DNA from: Balanoglossus misakiensis
Lineage: Eukaryota; Animalia; Hemichordata
Length of the DNA stretch: 64,000 nt
Direction: 5' to 3'
NCBI GenBank assembly: GCA_040954595.2
Contig: CM082590.2
Span: forward strand, 9,177,764 to 9,241,763
Position numbers and translations under genes: made by a program. The stretch's first letter is position 1, and the number at the start of each line of letters is the position of its first letter. Below are positions 9,371 to 22,650 of this stretch, one piece after another. The notes under the pieces were generated by a model. It saw only the letters and a list, made by a program, of their open reading frames with translations. It did no database searches and was not told the DNA's origin.

Positions 9371-9428
9371 AAAATATTATATTCTGAATGCAAGTTTTGT
9401 TGTCCTCTCATCGTCATGGTCTGATTAA

Positions 9429-9513
9429 CCCTTTCACAACCATGGTTCAGTCCAAACCCATTGTTTTCTACAGGAAAGTTGGACCTCTATAGAGAGAACT
9501 GGGGGTGATAGGG
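9429..9513. mobile_element. ~85-bp piggyBac-like MITE
   Basis: CCCTTTCAC...GTGATAGGG ends with TTAA on both sides; three more copies in the window. Confidence 0.75.
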
Positions 9514-9868
9514 TTAAAGTCAGATGTAGGGTGGGCTCATCACACACTTTCACTCAGGAGGGGGGTGATCATGTCTGGGTGACTTGCGTCAAATGCAGTC
9601 TTTGTAGGGAATAAATAGTGAATAAAATATGCCCACACATAACTGGCTCAGAGTCTGACAATTTCATGTGAGAATTGTTTTATTGTGTAGAAAAAAAATC
9701 TTTAAAATACTTTGAGACTGAAACTTAGAATGGTACTTTTAGCTTGCACATTTGTTTGTATCGCACATTAAAATGCGATAGCTCATATATCGAAATTCTT
9801 GTCCTGCTAATAGTCCTCAAGATAGCATGATCTTCCACCGAAATTGGACAGATGAAAACTTGTGGTTT

Positions 9869-11172
9869 TTAGTTTGTAAGCGACGTCAGTGTTGCTACGA
9901 TGTCTCCGTTGTGTTCCCGTAACACCCTCTCTGCCTTGGCCTTTGAAATCTCCATCTCGTTCACCTGGAGAGAAACAAACAATTCCAGTGTCAGATTTCT
10001 GAGAAAAGACATGCATGCAGAGTTGTAAATGCAAACATAGCACTAGTTCATTCCAATTTTCATTAGTGCAGCGTTTTGTAAAATGATAGCAGAGACATAC
10101 AATACTGACACAGAACAAGATGTAAATCAAATCAAATCAACAACTTACTATGAGATCAACATCTTCTTTCTTAACTTTAACTTTTAAAAGTTCTTGTTCT
10201 CTAAAATACAGAAAGATGTGAGAATACATGTTTATTATGATGTAGATTCAAAACAGTGTTAGTCAAAATAATATATTGTTACAAAGCCCCCTCCCCACCC
10301 CCAATGATTGAGACAGTAACTTACCTCTGGGCTTTTGCAGCTTTTTCTTGTTTAATCTTCTCCCCAAATTTACTCATAACCTATTTTAGAAGAAATCAAT
10401 ATCAGATAAGTCTCTATGTCCCCTTTGGCAAGATATAATAAGCCAAGTGAACATGATGCACCAGTCATTGCAGGCTATTTACAGGCAGGCTAGGATAGTT
10501 TTGTCACCAACTGTAAGCAAATATCACCTCAATCATGTCCTGTGTTGCTATTTCTGTTTCTTCATGGTAATCCGTGACTTTCTCCAAATCAGCTGCTCCA
10601 CTGTCATGTTTCTTGGCCTTGCTGCTGCTGCTGTGTTGGCTGGCCTGCACTTCATCCACGTCACCGTCACTGTTAAGAAAAAAAAAGATACTAATCAGAT
10701 TATTCAGTGTTTTGGCTTTGATTTGCATGGCACACTGTCTGACAACCCCAAGTCTCAAAAGAAAGGTGATCTCAGACTAGACGTAGAGGGCGCGGAAGGT
10801 CATACCTAGTCTCTTTAAAAATTACACCGTAAATTCCATTCATCAAGTTTATGATCAGCATTCTACCGATAACTGAAAGGACATAACGACACTAAGCTTT
10901 GTGGAATTTGAGGTTGTTATTATCGGTACCCGGAATTCGCCAGCTACACTGTACTGTGTACAAGTTGTAGACCACATTTTTCATCATGTCAAAAGGAAGT
11001 ATATGATCCCCGTTGGACCGAAGAAACAATCACAGGCCATGTGTTTGTCGGTAGTAACTGTGATCTGTATTCCAAATCTGTTTCTAAATAACTCGTCTTG
11101 AATATAGTTGACTGAAATCAGTTAAATTCAACGAAATAACAAGAAAAGTACTTACCTTGTGGCGGTCGCCAT
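9869..11172 (-). CDS. HYPK: Huntingtin-interacting protein K; exons 11172-11156, 10669-10528, 10380-10325, 10200-10149, 9964-9869; 120 aa
   Basis: Spliced product contains KHDSGAADLEKVTDYHEETEI, REQELLKVKVKKEDVDLI and VNEMEISKAKAERVLREHNGDIVATLTSLTN*, which are HYPK signatures. All introns are GT-AG and in phase. Confidence 0.95.
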
Positions 11173-11560
11173 TTTGGTATATCTGTTTGTTCGTAATGAT
11201 TTACTCCGCGTTGACCTTTTTTGAGTGACATGTTCGGGTGACCTTGAGTTAAGGTGACTTTTTTACATTTTTTTGTTCTCACGAAGAGCTTAATAGATAC
11301 GTACATACATCTCCCAGTAAAATGCCTAATTTGGGATAAGATTTTTGAAAATATTGTCAAAAACGTAACGCAGCAAAATGTCCGGAGATCGGATTGATGA
11401 CGTTATGTTTATCTCGTGTTTTGATTGGTTGAAAGTGGAGGAGTGTCGAGGGCGTTGGCCGTAAATAAGGTCACGTCACCAAAAAGCATCATGTGACTCT
11501 GTGACGTCACGGAAAACTACATAATATATTAGCAGACGCTGCATTGTCGGGTACATACAC
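11173..11560. promoter_or_regulatory. Divergent HYPK/PDK promoter region
   Basis: Lies between head-to-head genes and is CpG-rich. Motifs: ERRE-type TGACCTTGA 11239, CCAAT (reverse) ~11424, forkhead-like GTAAATA 11461, CRE TGACGTCA 11502. Confidence 0.65.
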
Positions 11561-12141
11561 AAGTTGTGTGTGTGTCTTGGGTTGGAAACAGTTCAACGTC
11601 AAGTCGATCGCGTTGATGTCTGGTGTATATTCCCGATCAAGTGCATCATAGTATAGAAATATTGCTCTCTCCGAAGAGTCGCTGATTTCACTGACGGACA
11701 AGGGAAATCGGAATCTGGTGTACTTTCCAACAGGAGTCGCGTGAATGTTTTGACTTTTTCGATCTCTTCATCGTTCGGGGTTTGACCTTAACTTCGACAG
11801 ACACGTCCTTCATATTGATCTGAATCTGAGAAGGTTAGAGGATCGACTGATTGTGCCACCGAAGAACTTTTGCAGTAAGTTCGCAAAGTAGAAGAAGGGG
11901 GAGATCGGCGAAGTGTAAGTTTCACAACAATTCGTGTGTCACGTACGTTCGAACGTCAGTCTCCGTCATCATCATCATCATCTGTGTTTGGATGAACTGG
12001 AACAATATTTGAATTCGGATCAAGTCATCACTGCAATCGTCGACGAGGAATGATAAACCAGTCGTTCGTAAACTTTTCTGAAATACATATTCTCCATCAA
12101 GTGAACTCAATTCTGTGGTTGCAATCAACATAGTCGTCAAA

Positions 12142-15100
12142 ATGGTGAAACTGATGAGATGTTTGTATCAGGCTGCAAAGTCCATCCCTGCGCGGATGGA
12201 CCATTACTCCCGGTTTTCGCCGTCACCGCTCTCAATACAACAGTTTCTTGACTTTGGTAAGTTTCTTTTATAATTTCTTAAGATGTAAAAGCCGGCTTGT
12301 TGCCGATCGCCATGGTTTCTGTTATTGAATCGAAGTGGATTGAACCTGTTCTGTCCGCACGCATATGATTGTTTACATTTCCAAGGTCTACTAATGTCAA
12401 AGGTCGATGGTGATGTTGGCACGCAAAGCCAGTTGAATATTCGCAATGCGCAATTTGTTGACAAACAAATCCATCTAATGAAACATAGTCACGCGATACA
12501 TACAGCTTAGAACCAGTGAACTTTTATATTCTGATTTTTTTTTGCTATTCAACAAAATACAGTTTTCCATCACTATCAGTAAAATCAAAACAGGCTATCA
12601 TTCAGCAAACAAGACATACAATGAATGTAGAATGTTTAAGCTATATTTTTTATTCTCTCCAAGCTCCAGTTTTAATATTAAACTGCAATTTTATCATTGT
12701 TATTGACCTTTTCGATTGTAAAGGAAAAGCCTTCAACACTATTATAGTATATTGTTTTCAAGAACATATTTAAATTTAGCAAACAATCAGGATGAATTCA
12801 TTGTAATCAGAAATTTGCATACAATCTATAATCCTAGTGGAGAGACTTTCATGGACAATTGAATGAGGATATATATCATGGATTTCATGTCAGAAATATC
12901 AGGCCATCTTTTTATTTCCTTTTTAGAAGGTTAGATATTTAGCTGAAGGATTTTCAAACTGAAATTATCTTTTCTTTATATGCTAGTTACAGACCACCCT
13001 AGATTTAGACCACCCTGGGAATATTCTTCTCAAACAATTGAAAAACAGCTGATTTTGAGCCATTGTTTCCTCTGGCTAATTTGCATATTTATATTCTATG
13101 CTAAACATATTATGTAGAGCTGAGGGAATTAAGATATTAAAAACATGTCTTCCTTACTTGTGAAAATTACCTTCTGAAATATAATCACTAGTTGTTATCA
13201 ACGTTCACCTGAGAACTGCGCTTAATAAGTTACGCATAATATGGATTAAAACTATACACACATCTGGTGCACACTCATACATAAAATAGTAAATAATATC
13301 TGAACATAAGTTGGAACTAACATATTACCAGGGGTTGTGTTACCCTATTTAGCTTCCCAAATTGGTTATTTTTGACAATGACTGATACTTTTCTGCATAA
13401 GTAAAAAGGTTTGAATTTTGAGTTTCAAAAATGGCTAGCGTTCAGCAAAAGTTTGCCTTCCATAATTTTAAAAAGATTCAATGTGAATCCAGGTTATATA
13501 ATGTTCTCCCGTTCTACTTTTGACTATTATAATTTTAATTTTTCACAACTTGCGACAAAAAAATGTGTCCATTTCATTCCAGTGTAATAAGTAGCACCGG
13601 TTTGAACATGTATGATTCTTGACTGAAGCAAAATAATTGATATATTCTCTTGTCAATCAAAGTTTCGTTCTTTGCTTGCTATCATCACCAGATCACACGG
13701 CCTTGTTTTTCATAAGTTCTATTTATATGATACTTTATGCAGCTTGCACATAAATCATTTGCACAGTTGCCCTATAAAGTCGACTTTGTGTGTAAAATGG
13801 GATTCTAGGATTTTGTTGACAAATGTTGAAACCCAAATCCTGAACCCCTCCCACCAGAAATCGAATGGTTCTCCCCTAAACGTCCAGCGTATGAAAAGTT
13901 TCATTGTTAGAAAGAAACCACCCACTCCCACCATCCTGGCCCAGTCCACGTCACATGTCTATCAAAAAACGATTCTCTTACGGTGTGAAGAGCCTCCAAT
14001 ACCATACAACATTTCTAAAAATGGATCTAAGGACAAAAAGCAAACAGAATTTGTTTGTTTTTACTTACGAAAATAAACAAGCGAAAAAGGATAGTACATA
14101 ATCTTATCTTTTCGATAAGATTATTTCTGAAGTTTGATATGTTCCATTGTTTCTGTTCTGCTTACCTACAAAAGCCTCAAAAAACGTGAGAGCGAAAAAT
14201 GTGTTCTTTGTGTTTGTCAATGAATTTTGTCTGGTGACAGAAAACGTGAGGTGATCTGTATTTGCATTTAATCTGTCTCTTCATGAATTGGATTGCATAC
14301 CTGTTATAATTTACATACAATTGAAATCAACAGTCTGTGGGCATAAGGCTGTATATACAATATTACTAGGCAAAATTTTGCATCATATAAAGGAGTAATT
14401 CGGATACATTCCCAGAAAGCCAGGCTTGAAAGGATTAATATATACCCTGTGAAAAGATCCTGTTGTTTGATAGTAAAACCTAAGAATAATTGTATTTGTT
14501 GTTTTGTTTTGCTTTGTTACAGGAAAGAAAGAGGGCAATGTGCAGAAGTCGTTTCTGTTCCTACGACAAGAACTGCCGGTCAGGATTGCCAACATCATGA
14601 AGGAGATCAATCTACTGCCAGACACACTGCTCAAGATGCCGTCTGTCAAGTTAGTTCAAAGTTGGTAAGTACCGTACACACACACGCACACACACCCATC
14701 ATACACCCCCAGCTTTGGCCCAGTCAATGATTGCGTCATGAAACGACTCGACAAATAATCCTGGAGGTGTGACTGGATTTGAACAATTATCACTAGATTG
14801 CCGAGAAATCAGGTGATGTCGATTTGGAAGGAGTGTCCTATCTTAGATTTTTAAGATACAGTTTGGGTCATCACACTTTAGTACAGGGCAGAATAAAAAT
14901 ACATTTCTATGTACTTTTATTTTGCTGAGGCACCAAATTAAGGTTTTCAAACAATTATTACATTGTGAATGTAGTGGTAAATGGCCTGCATAATTTCCAA
15001 TGATGTAGAGTGAAATTTTCATGGTAAATGTAGCTGTATAAATGTTGGGCTTAAACCCGTTGCTAGCCAACTTTTAGTAAATAGGAAAAGAACGTTAGAT

Positions 15101-18100
15101 CTTTACTGAAATGTCGCAGACTGACATACTGAGATATATAAAAAGCCAACCAAATTATAGAGAAGATTTGAAGGATGATTTGGTTGAGAGATTTTAAGCT
15201 TTCACTCAGAATGAAGCAGACAGTGACACCTTAAAGAGGTCATTTTAAGCGTCGGTATCTTTCAATATTCAATTATGGATCCGGTTAAAAACCAACGCTG
15301 ACTTATTTACGTCATTCTGAACGCAATAATGTGTCTGTCCACTGTTTTTTATTCATGCAGTGTGGATATTGAAGTCCGGTATTAGTTAACACAGAAAATA
15401 AAATAAATACCGGTAACACTTACACAGATAATAAAATAACTAAGTAGATTTTGGTGTTCTTCAAATGTGGAAATACCTTGTTTGAAGGAATCTTTCTTTT
15501 TATAAACTAACGACAGGAAATCAAATCCATTGATTGATTCGGACAGGGGTATTTCTGTACACGTTAAAGCTGATTTAAGATTCAATTCAGTGTGCTTGTA
15601 AGATGTTTAAGCCGGGAGCTGTCAAGCTGATCAAATTGCGAAATAAATCCAATACAGAAACCGACACATAATTTAAAAAGTTTCATTCCATTCCCTTGAG
15701 TAGAGATCCAACTTTGCCGGGGTCTTTTGGAGTTTGGAAAGTTTGTATGGGTACATGTTGAATCATGAAGAAAGTAGAGTGATTGGCTTGTCTGGCTGTT
15801 CACTCTTATGCAATATTATATGGTTCAACAATACAAGTTACTGATATCCAGCGCTCAGACATGTTAGCGGAAATGACACCACTGTTTTTGAAACTCATGT
15901 AAATTTTTCACGTTTGTCCCGGATTCAATGCAGTACTCCAGTGAAAAGAAAACGTGACCTGCTGGACTGACCCAGACTATTTCAAGTGCTGTCTTCAATT
16001 TATCCATGTCAGCTGTTTTTCGGTTCACGAAAAGCCCCAAACAACAAGACCCTTGTCAAACGTCTTAAGTTCTTACCCAGATCTGATGGAGTTCTGTCCG
16101 TATACTAGGCCATAGAGTTCAGTCAACTTGATCAGAGAGCGGTGTCTTGGACCCTTTCCCTGCCAGATTTCTGCAGTGTTGTATGTTAAAGACTGCATAA
16201 TAAGTCGCGTGATATCAAACTAATATGAGTGTGTGAGGAGAGAGTTTAACATTTCACCATTCAAAATATCACTAATTTTACTACAATAAGAACTAAACAG
16301 TGTATTACGGGTAAAGATAATAACTCGTTGCGAAGCAAATAATGAGGCAGATTGTTGGTTTCAGACAGTCATATAATATTAACACCCGTGAGCGGAAAAA
16401 TCCGGAGTACAGAAAAACACGTGAAAGTACTCAGGTCATTGAATTTAAATTTGAAAAGCTATTTCTATGTTAATGAGACTTTGGCTGACTTTCTGAGTGG
16501 TACCCCATAAATGTAATGTACATCTGCAATGTACTGGTAGGTAATCGCAAATTGGAAAAGAAATTCTGAAATCGGTCTGAAATTAATTTTAAAAATAGAA
16601 ATGGCGGAACAGAGCCAGGGCATTGAAATCGTAGATGTCAGGGACTCAACATTACATGTTTTGGCCTGTACTACTCAAGGTTATAAATTATAATGTATTC
16701 CCGTTTACGTCCCTAGATAAGGGTTGTGACCTAGCTATAAGTTCCGATTTCTATTTGGACATTATCCAAGCTGTCCTTTACGAGAGCGGTGATCCAACTG
16801 CCCTTAATTGTGGGACATTTGGGTCATCTTGAGGTCAACGTAAGAGAAGTAGTTTTAGACTGTGTCGTTCAGAGGGTTGACTGACAAGGTCATCTCGCCC
16901 TTCAGGTCCTCTGATGGACTTTGGCTGGCGAGACTAAAGATGTTTTTCTGATGTTGACGTCAGTGACTTTAATGGTCTAATCTATCAGCATTATCATGTT
17001 GTGGTTAGTGGACCAGGTTGTGTTGACTGATTTAGGGGTATCGCCTGAACTTTAATAAGCAAAATATGGACTAGTTTTATACCTTGTTGGTTGCCGATAT
17101 GTGCAGTGTCAGCATTTCGATTGTTAAAAATTAATTCAAGTCCAGACTTGACAACAACTGGTTCATGACATGGCAGCGCATCTGCTCAAAAATAATGATG
17201 CAGTCATCAAAATATTTGCACTTCAAAAAGTACCGGTACCAGGCAGGGTTTTATCATTAACAAGTTGGTGTTTTGATCAAAACAAGTGAAGTGTACTCTA
17301 ACCTGAAATTGTGTCAAGCAAATATTGTTTTATCTCAACAAGACACAAAAACAAACAGCCATTAATTGGTACCATATTAATAAATGATATCCCATATAAA
17401 TAGATTATAGTGACCTAGGTATGTGTTTGTGGTCATATGCTTTGTTTGGTCACTGGTGAGTTCATTTCAGTGGCATTGACCGCTCCAATGGGGACTATAA
17501 ACTGTTAACCTCTTTACCTATTTCCTAGTATACATTAACCTGGCAGGGTTGTAACACACCACCTGGCCAAATAGTTGAAATGTGGTATTGGCCAGTTACC
17601 TTCTTAGAGTTTAATGGTTAAACCTGTTTTGGACATCTTGGCCTGACCCATATACAGACTCTGGAAAGATATTGAGGTGACATCTACTGGACTTAAATGG
17701 TAGTTCAAATTTTGCACAAAATGCAATTCATTAGTAATATACCTATAGTTAATATAAATTTTGTATTTCTTTTTTTGAACCTTTCAGGTATTTACAAACT
17801 CTGAGAGAGCTGTTGGAATACGAAGATGCTGATCCAAACTCTGATGACATCTTCGACAGGTAAGGAATTTTCTTCTGCCATTTGATGTTTTCAGAACATT
17901 AAGTTGTTTGAGGATGACATATTCCTTTGGGTCTGTGTACATGTATGATTCGTCATATCAAACTCCATCTTTACCATCACACTATTAAAGATTGCTTTTG
18001 GATTTTATTTTGTAGTTTTACAGATAGACTCTCAAAGATCAGAGACAGACACAGCAATGTTGTTGAGACAATGGCACAGGGTGTCGTGGAGATGAAGGAA

Positions 18101-20631
18101 ATGCATGGCATAGACCCACATAGAGAATCAAACCTACAGTATTTCCTAGATAGATTCTTCATGAGCCGTATCAGTATACGAATGCTGATCAACCAACACA
18201 GTAAGTATCATGACAGTCACAAGGAACAGAGAAATTTGCTGTAAAACGTGTCTTTTTAGCCGGCATGTTATTTCAGCATTTGTCTTTGCTTTGTATGTTT
18301 GTGTGTTTCATACTTATAAAGTCTAGTAGTATTTGTTTACCATTATTTACAACACCAAAGATGTAACAAGACAAGACTCAAAAAAGTTTGCCAAGATGGC
18401 CGCCCCCAGTTTCCACTTCCATGGCACCTGAGTGACTTTTACAGCCTGGTATTTATACTCTGGTTTATGTTCTTTACCACAGCATTGGTGTTCGGACAGA
18501 ATCTCAGAACTCATCCCAGATATATCGGTAGTATAGATCCTAGCTGTGATGTACTGTCTGTAGTTAACGGTAAGTGATTTTTAAATTTTTCTCCTTTTGG
18601 TTTTGATTGATGCGTTGTTCATATCCATAGAATATATTATACCACAGCTCACACATTGTTTTGGGAATGTATTGGACATTTACTGATGGTTATGTTTTGA
18701 TTTTGATAGATGCCTATGACAGCTCCAAGTATTTGTGTGATCAGTACTATCTGGCATCTCCTGATATGGAAATCGACATAATCAATGGTAAGTTGAAATA
18801 AAGCAGGGATAGATAAGGAGGGATGGAGAGATTGGGGGAGGGGGGGGGGAATAGATACAAAGACAGAGTGAGACATTTGGCAACTTAGATACAGAAAGAC
18901 ATGCTCAGATAGTGTGAGACACTCTTCTGTCTAGACAGTTAGACATCAGATAGGCAGAGAGAGAGAGAGTCAGAGAGAGGCAGGGACAGAGACAGACAGA
19001 CAGAAACAGAAAGAAAGAAATAATGTAACAGCAAAACCAGCCAGCGGGAAAACCAATGAGATATAGAGATGCAGAAAACATCAAATCTTTTCAGTGACTT
19101 CAACCAATTCGAATCACACACTGATTATGCTTTTTTTTAAACTGATTGACAGCAACTTGTGAAGACCAGAAAACCGAAATCCAGCTGCAGTATGTGCCCT
19201 CACACCTCTATCACATGTTGTTTGAACTCTTCAAGGTAAGATTGGACTTGTGGTCTTGTAGTCTGCTCTATTTTGTGCGATGACTGTCGCCTGGTGACCA
19301 TTCTTGATTGTGTGTGTGTTTGTATGTGTGTGTTTGGGAGAGGGTTGTTAGATGTTGTATTGAAATGTTCATCTTTTATGTCTACTCAGAATGCAATGCG
19401 TGCTGTTGTGGAACACCACGGCACAGCCAGTACAGAGTACCCACCACTGAATATATTAATATGTAAAGGAGAGAATGACGTCACTATCAAGGTAAGGGGT
19501 AATTCCAATATCATGACTTAGCATTACTACAAGTACAATTATCTACTAGTCAGTCAAAAGAGGATTTTAAAATTGTGAACCAAAAAGGGGCAACTAAGGT
19601 CCATAGGAGATTTAATCAATGAAAAATGTGAACAGTGAATTGCTTCTATGAGGATAATTTATTTATTCATTTCTCTCTCTCTCACACTCTCTCTCCCCTC
19701 TTTCTCTCTCTCTCTCTCACTCTCAATCTCTCTCTCTCTCTCTCTCTCTCTTTCTCACTCTCTCTCTCTCTCTCTCTCTGTCAATCTCTCTCTCTCTCAA
19801 ACTCTCTCAAACTCTCTCGACTCTCTCAAACACACCCTATAGCTGAGCGATAAAGGTGGTGGCATCCCTCGCAAGCAGATAGATCTGTTGTTCCATTACA
19901 TGTACTCGACTGCTCCAACTCCACCGACGCCTGGATCCACAGTAACTGCACCACTGGTGAGTTCTCTCTCACATTATCCCTTTCACCACAATGGTTTGGT
20001 CCAAATCCTTTGTTTTCTATGGTAGAGTTGGACCTCTATAGTGGACACTGGGGGTGAATGTACTAAAGCTTGCCAGAGATACGAGAATCCTTTGTTTGGT
20101 GTGTGTGTGTGTGTCAAAAATTGATTAAACACTTGTTAATATTATCTTCCTCACTTCCACAGGCTGGTTATGGATATGGTTTGCCAATATCGCGTCTCTA
20201 CGCCAGATATTTCCATGGCGACCTGCAGGTCACCTCGGTAGAAGGTCATGGTACAGACGCAATAATATACCTTAGAGTGAGTACATGATTTTTTGGTTTC
20301 ATTCATTTTTTTGTCAACTCTATGGGTGATGTACTAAATAAGAAATTAAAAATATGTTAACACTAAAGTGTGCAGAATGAAAACTTATTTTACTTTGGGA
20401 AAAAAATCAGTTCTTCAATGTACAAACAAATACACAAACAAATAATAATGTTATTTATTTATGTTTATTTTTATTTCACAGGTGGTGTCTGGTGAAGCGA
20501 ATGAGCTTTTACCGATCTTCAACTCTGTCACCTCCAAACATTACAAGACCCAAGTGTCTTCCGCTGACTGGAGCTCTCCAGCTCTCCGTAACAGCGCTAT
20601 GACTAGTGGACCGCGATCTCTCCGAGTGTAA
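12142..20631 (+). CDS. PDK: Mitochondrial pyruvate dehydrogenase kinase; exons 12142-12256, 14523-14664, 17788-17859, 18016-18200, 18483-18569, 18710-18787, 19153-19235, 19390-19491, 19843-19956, 20163-20276, 20482-20631; 413 aa
   Basis: Motifs [99 protein letters not shown] and C-terminal DW. The 11 exons total 1242 nt in phase. Confidence 0.96.
19671..19828. repeat. (CT)n microsatellite immediately upstream of the PDK exon 9 acceptor
   Basis: Seen directly. Confidence 0.9.
19978..20059. mobile_element. Degenerate copy of the piggyBac-like MITE
   Basis: Similar to 9429-9513. Confidence 0.6.
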
Positions 20632-21732
20632 TGCTATTGGCTGGCAGCTGCCATCCGGTGGACCATATATGGAAGTCGTTCCCCTTAAAAGGTCATACGA
20701 CCGCCATGTCACATGACTTTAGGGGGTTGTGTTTTCAGAAATGACCAAATAAGGAGATGTTGATGTCTTCATATTACTGTCCCCATAGCGACGCTTTTCT
20801 GTCAAACAATGGCTGTGGAATCACTTGTGGACGTTTCATTGTTACATAATTGACTGTTTTGAGATGTTTTACTCAAATTCTGAGCAAATGTTTCTCAAAT
20901 AGCTGCAACTTTAAAGCGATATTGTGGCAGTTTTTGTTTTATTCTTCTCATCAAAATGCTGCAGGTCTTCAAGTATGATCTCCTCTGCACGACTACCATT
21001 TGGAGGCCATCATTATTTGTGAACCATTTTTGGAAACATGCTCGATTTCCGATAGTCATCCAAAAAGTGGGATAAATCACTTCACGGGTACTCCCAAATA
21101 AAACTGCATTTCTGATTAAAACAGGGTGTTTCATTTTGAACTTCATAATTTTATGTTGTATTTCTGATATTACTACAACAGTCAAACTTGTGTTAGGGGC
21201 CACCTCTACATAGTGTTACAGCTAGTCTATGTGTTATTAACATTTCATTAATTGACCTGTTTATAACAGCTACCTGTCTTAAACCTTCTCACCCCTTTCA
21301 GTATTTGGTATCACCCTTATTTACTCCCACTGATAGACTCACCATATGGTCTTCAACAGCCAGGTTGGATTAGTCCACTTTCGCATGGGCTGTCTGAAAA
21401 TGATTCATTTGAAATGAGTGACTTGAAATATGAAGTGATGTGATACAGTACTTATTATCTGGTCTGTCTTCATTGACCATAAAACACTCTTATCAAAATT
21501 TTCTCAAAGTGTTATTTGACGTAAGACTGCATTAACCGACAGCCAACTGAATTAATTTAATCTAATCTAATAAGATTTCTCTTTGTAGTACACTATAGTT
21601 CGATCTTCATGTAATCTTACCTCTTATTCTCTTTTTTTCTCTTTCATAGGCATGTATTTCTGACTCACACTTTCACAGTATAAACCTTGCATGTTTATAC
21701 ACATTTGGAGAGGGTAAATCAGCAATGATTAA

Positions 21733-21817
21733 CCCTTTCACCCCCCAGTTCCCTAATAGTGGTATAATCCTACCATAGAAAACAATCAGTTTGGACTGAA
21801 CCAAGGTGGTGAAAGGG
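21733..21817. mobile_element. piggyBac-like MITE, inverted relative to 9429-9513, in the PDK 3'UTR
   Basis: TTAA-CCCTTTCACC...GGTGAAAGGG; interior is the reverse complement of the other copies. Confidence 0.7.
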
Positions 21818-22644
21818 TAAAACCTTATCAAGAAATCATCATTTTAACTGTACCCAATCTGAATGATGATTGGCCAGTTCTATGACTAAGCAGTTAATGA
21901 GAAGACATATCTGCTAATTTTGAAGTTAATTACAACTATTTTTTTCATTTTCAACTTATTGAAGTTTTAGCGTTGCTTTTGTTGTTTTTAGTTCAAAATT
22001 GCAGCAAAATGAATGGTTGGGTGATCGAGAAATGACTAAATGTAAAAAGAAAGTATGTAAATATGTATGGCAATAGTCCTGTTGGATTTTATTTGAACAT
22101 GGCAGCATTTATTCGTCATTCATCAAACTTCAGATATATTTCAGGAACTTGCAGGAAATGTTGTTATACATGTAAGCTTACTCTATCTAATATATGATGA
22201 CCACTGTTTCTCCATCTGGCTATCAGGCAAGTCTGCAACAGAAACAGTGATGTGTAATTCTCACAAATAAACCCAAAAATTGATGCATTGTGATATAACA
22301 ACATTCCCAGCAATCTTCCTAAGTATTTGGGACTTTGGTATAATGTGATATTTCACCATGTCCCTGAAAAAGTTAATATTTTTATTTTGCCAATTTGTGA
22401 CCGATATATCTTGTAGGTTTTTGTTGTTGTTGTTGTTGTTTAAATGGAAATGGGTTGTGAAACATAAATATTGATGTAAACACAACTGAGGTCGTAATTG
22501 AAATATTGAGTTTGAGAGATCTAGTCCAACAAAAGCTTTGTAACCAGGGTTACAACTTGTACAGGTTGCTTTTAATGCCGAAATAAATGATTTCATTTCC
22601 AAAAATCTGCCTAGTCTTGAAGTTAATGTTGACATTTGAAAGCA

Positions 22645-22650
22645 AATAAA
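22645..22650 (+). terminator. Candidate PDK polyadenylation signal
   Basis: AATAAA followed ~20 nt later by a GT-rich tract, at the end of a ~2-kb AT-rich 3'UTR-like stretch. Confidence 0.45.
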
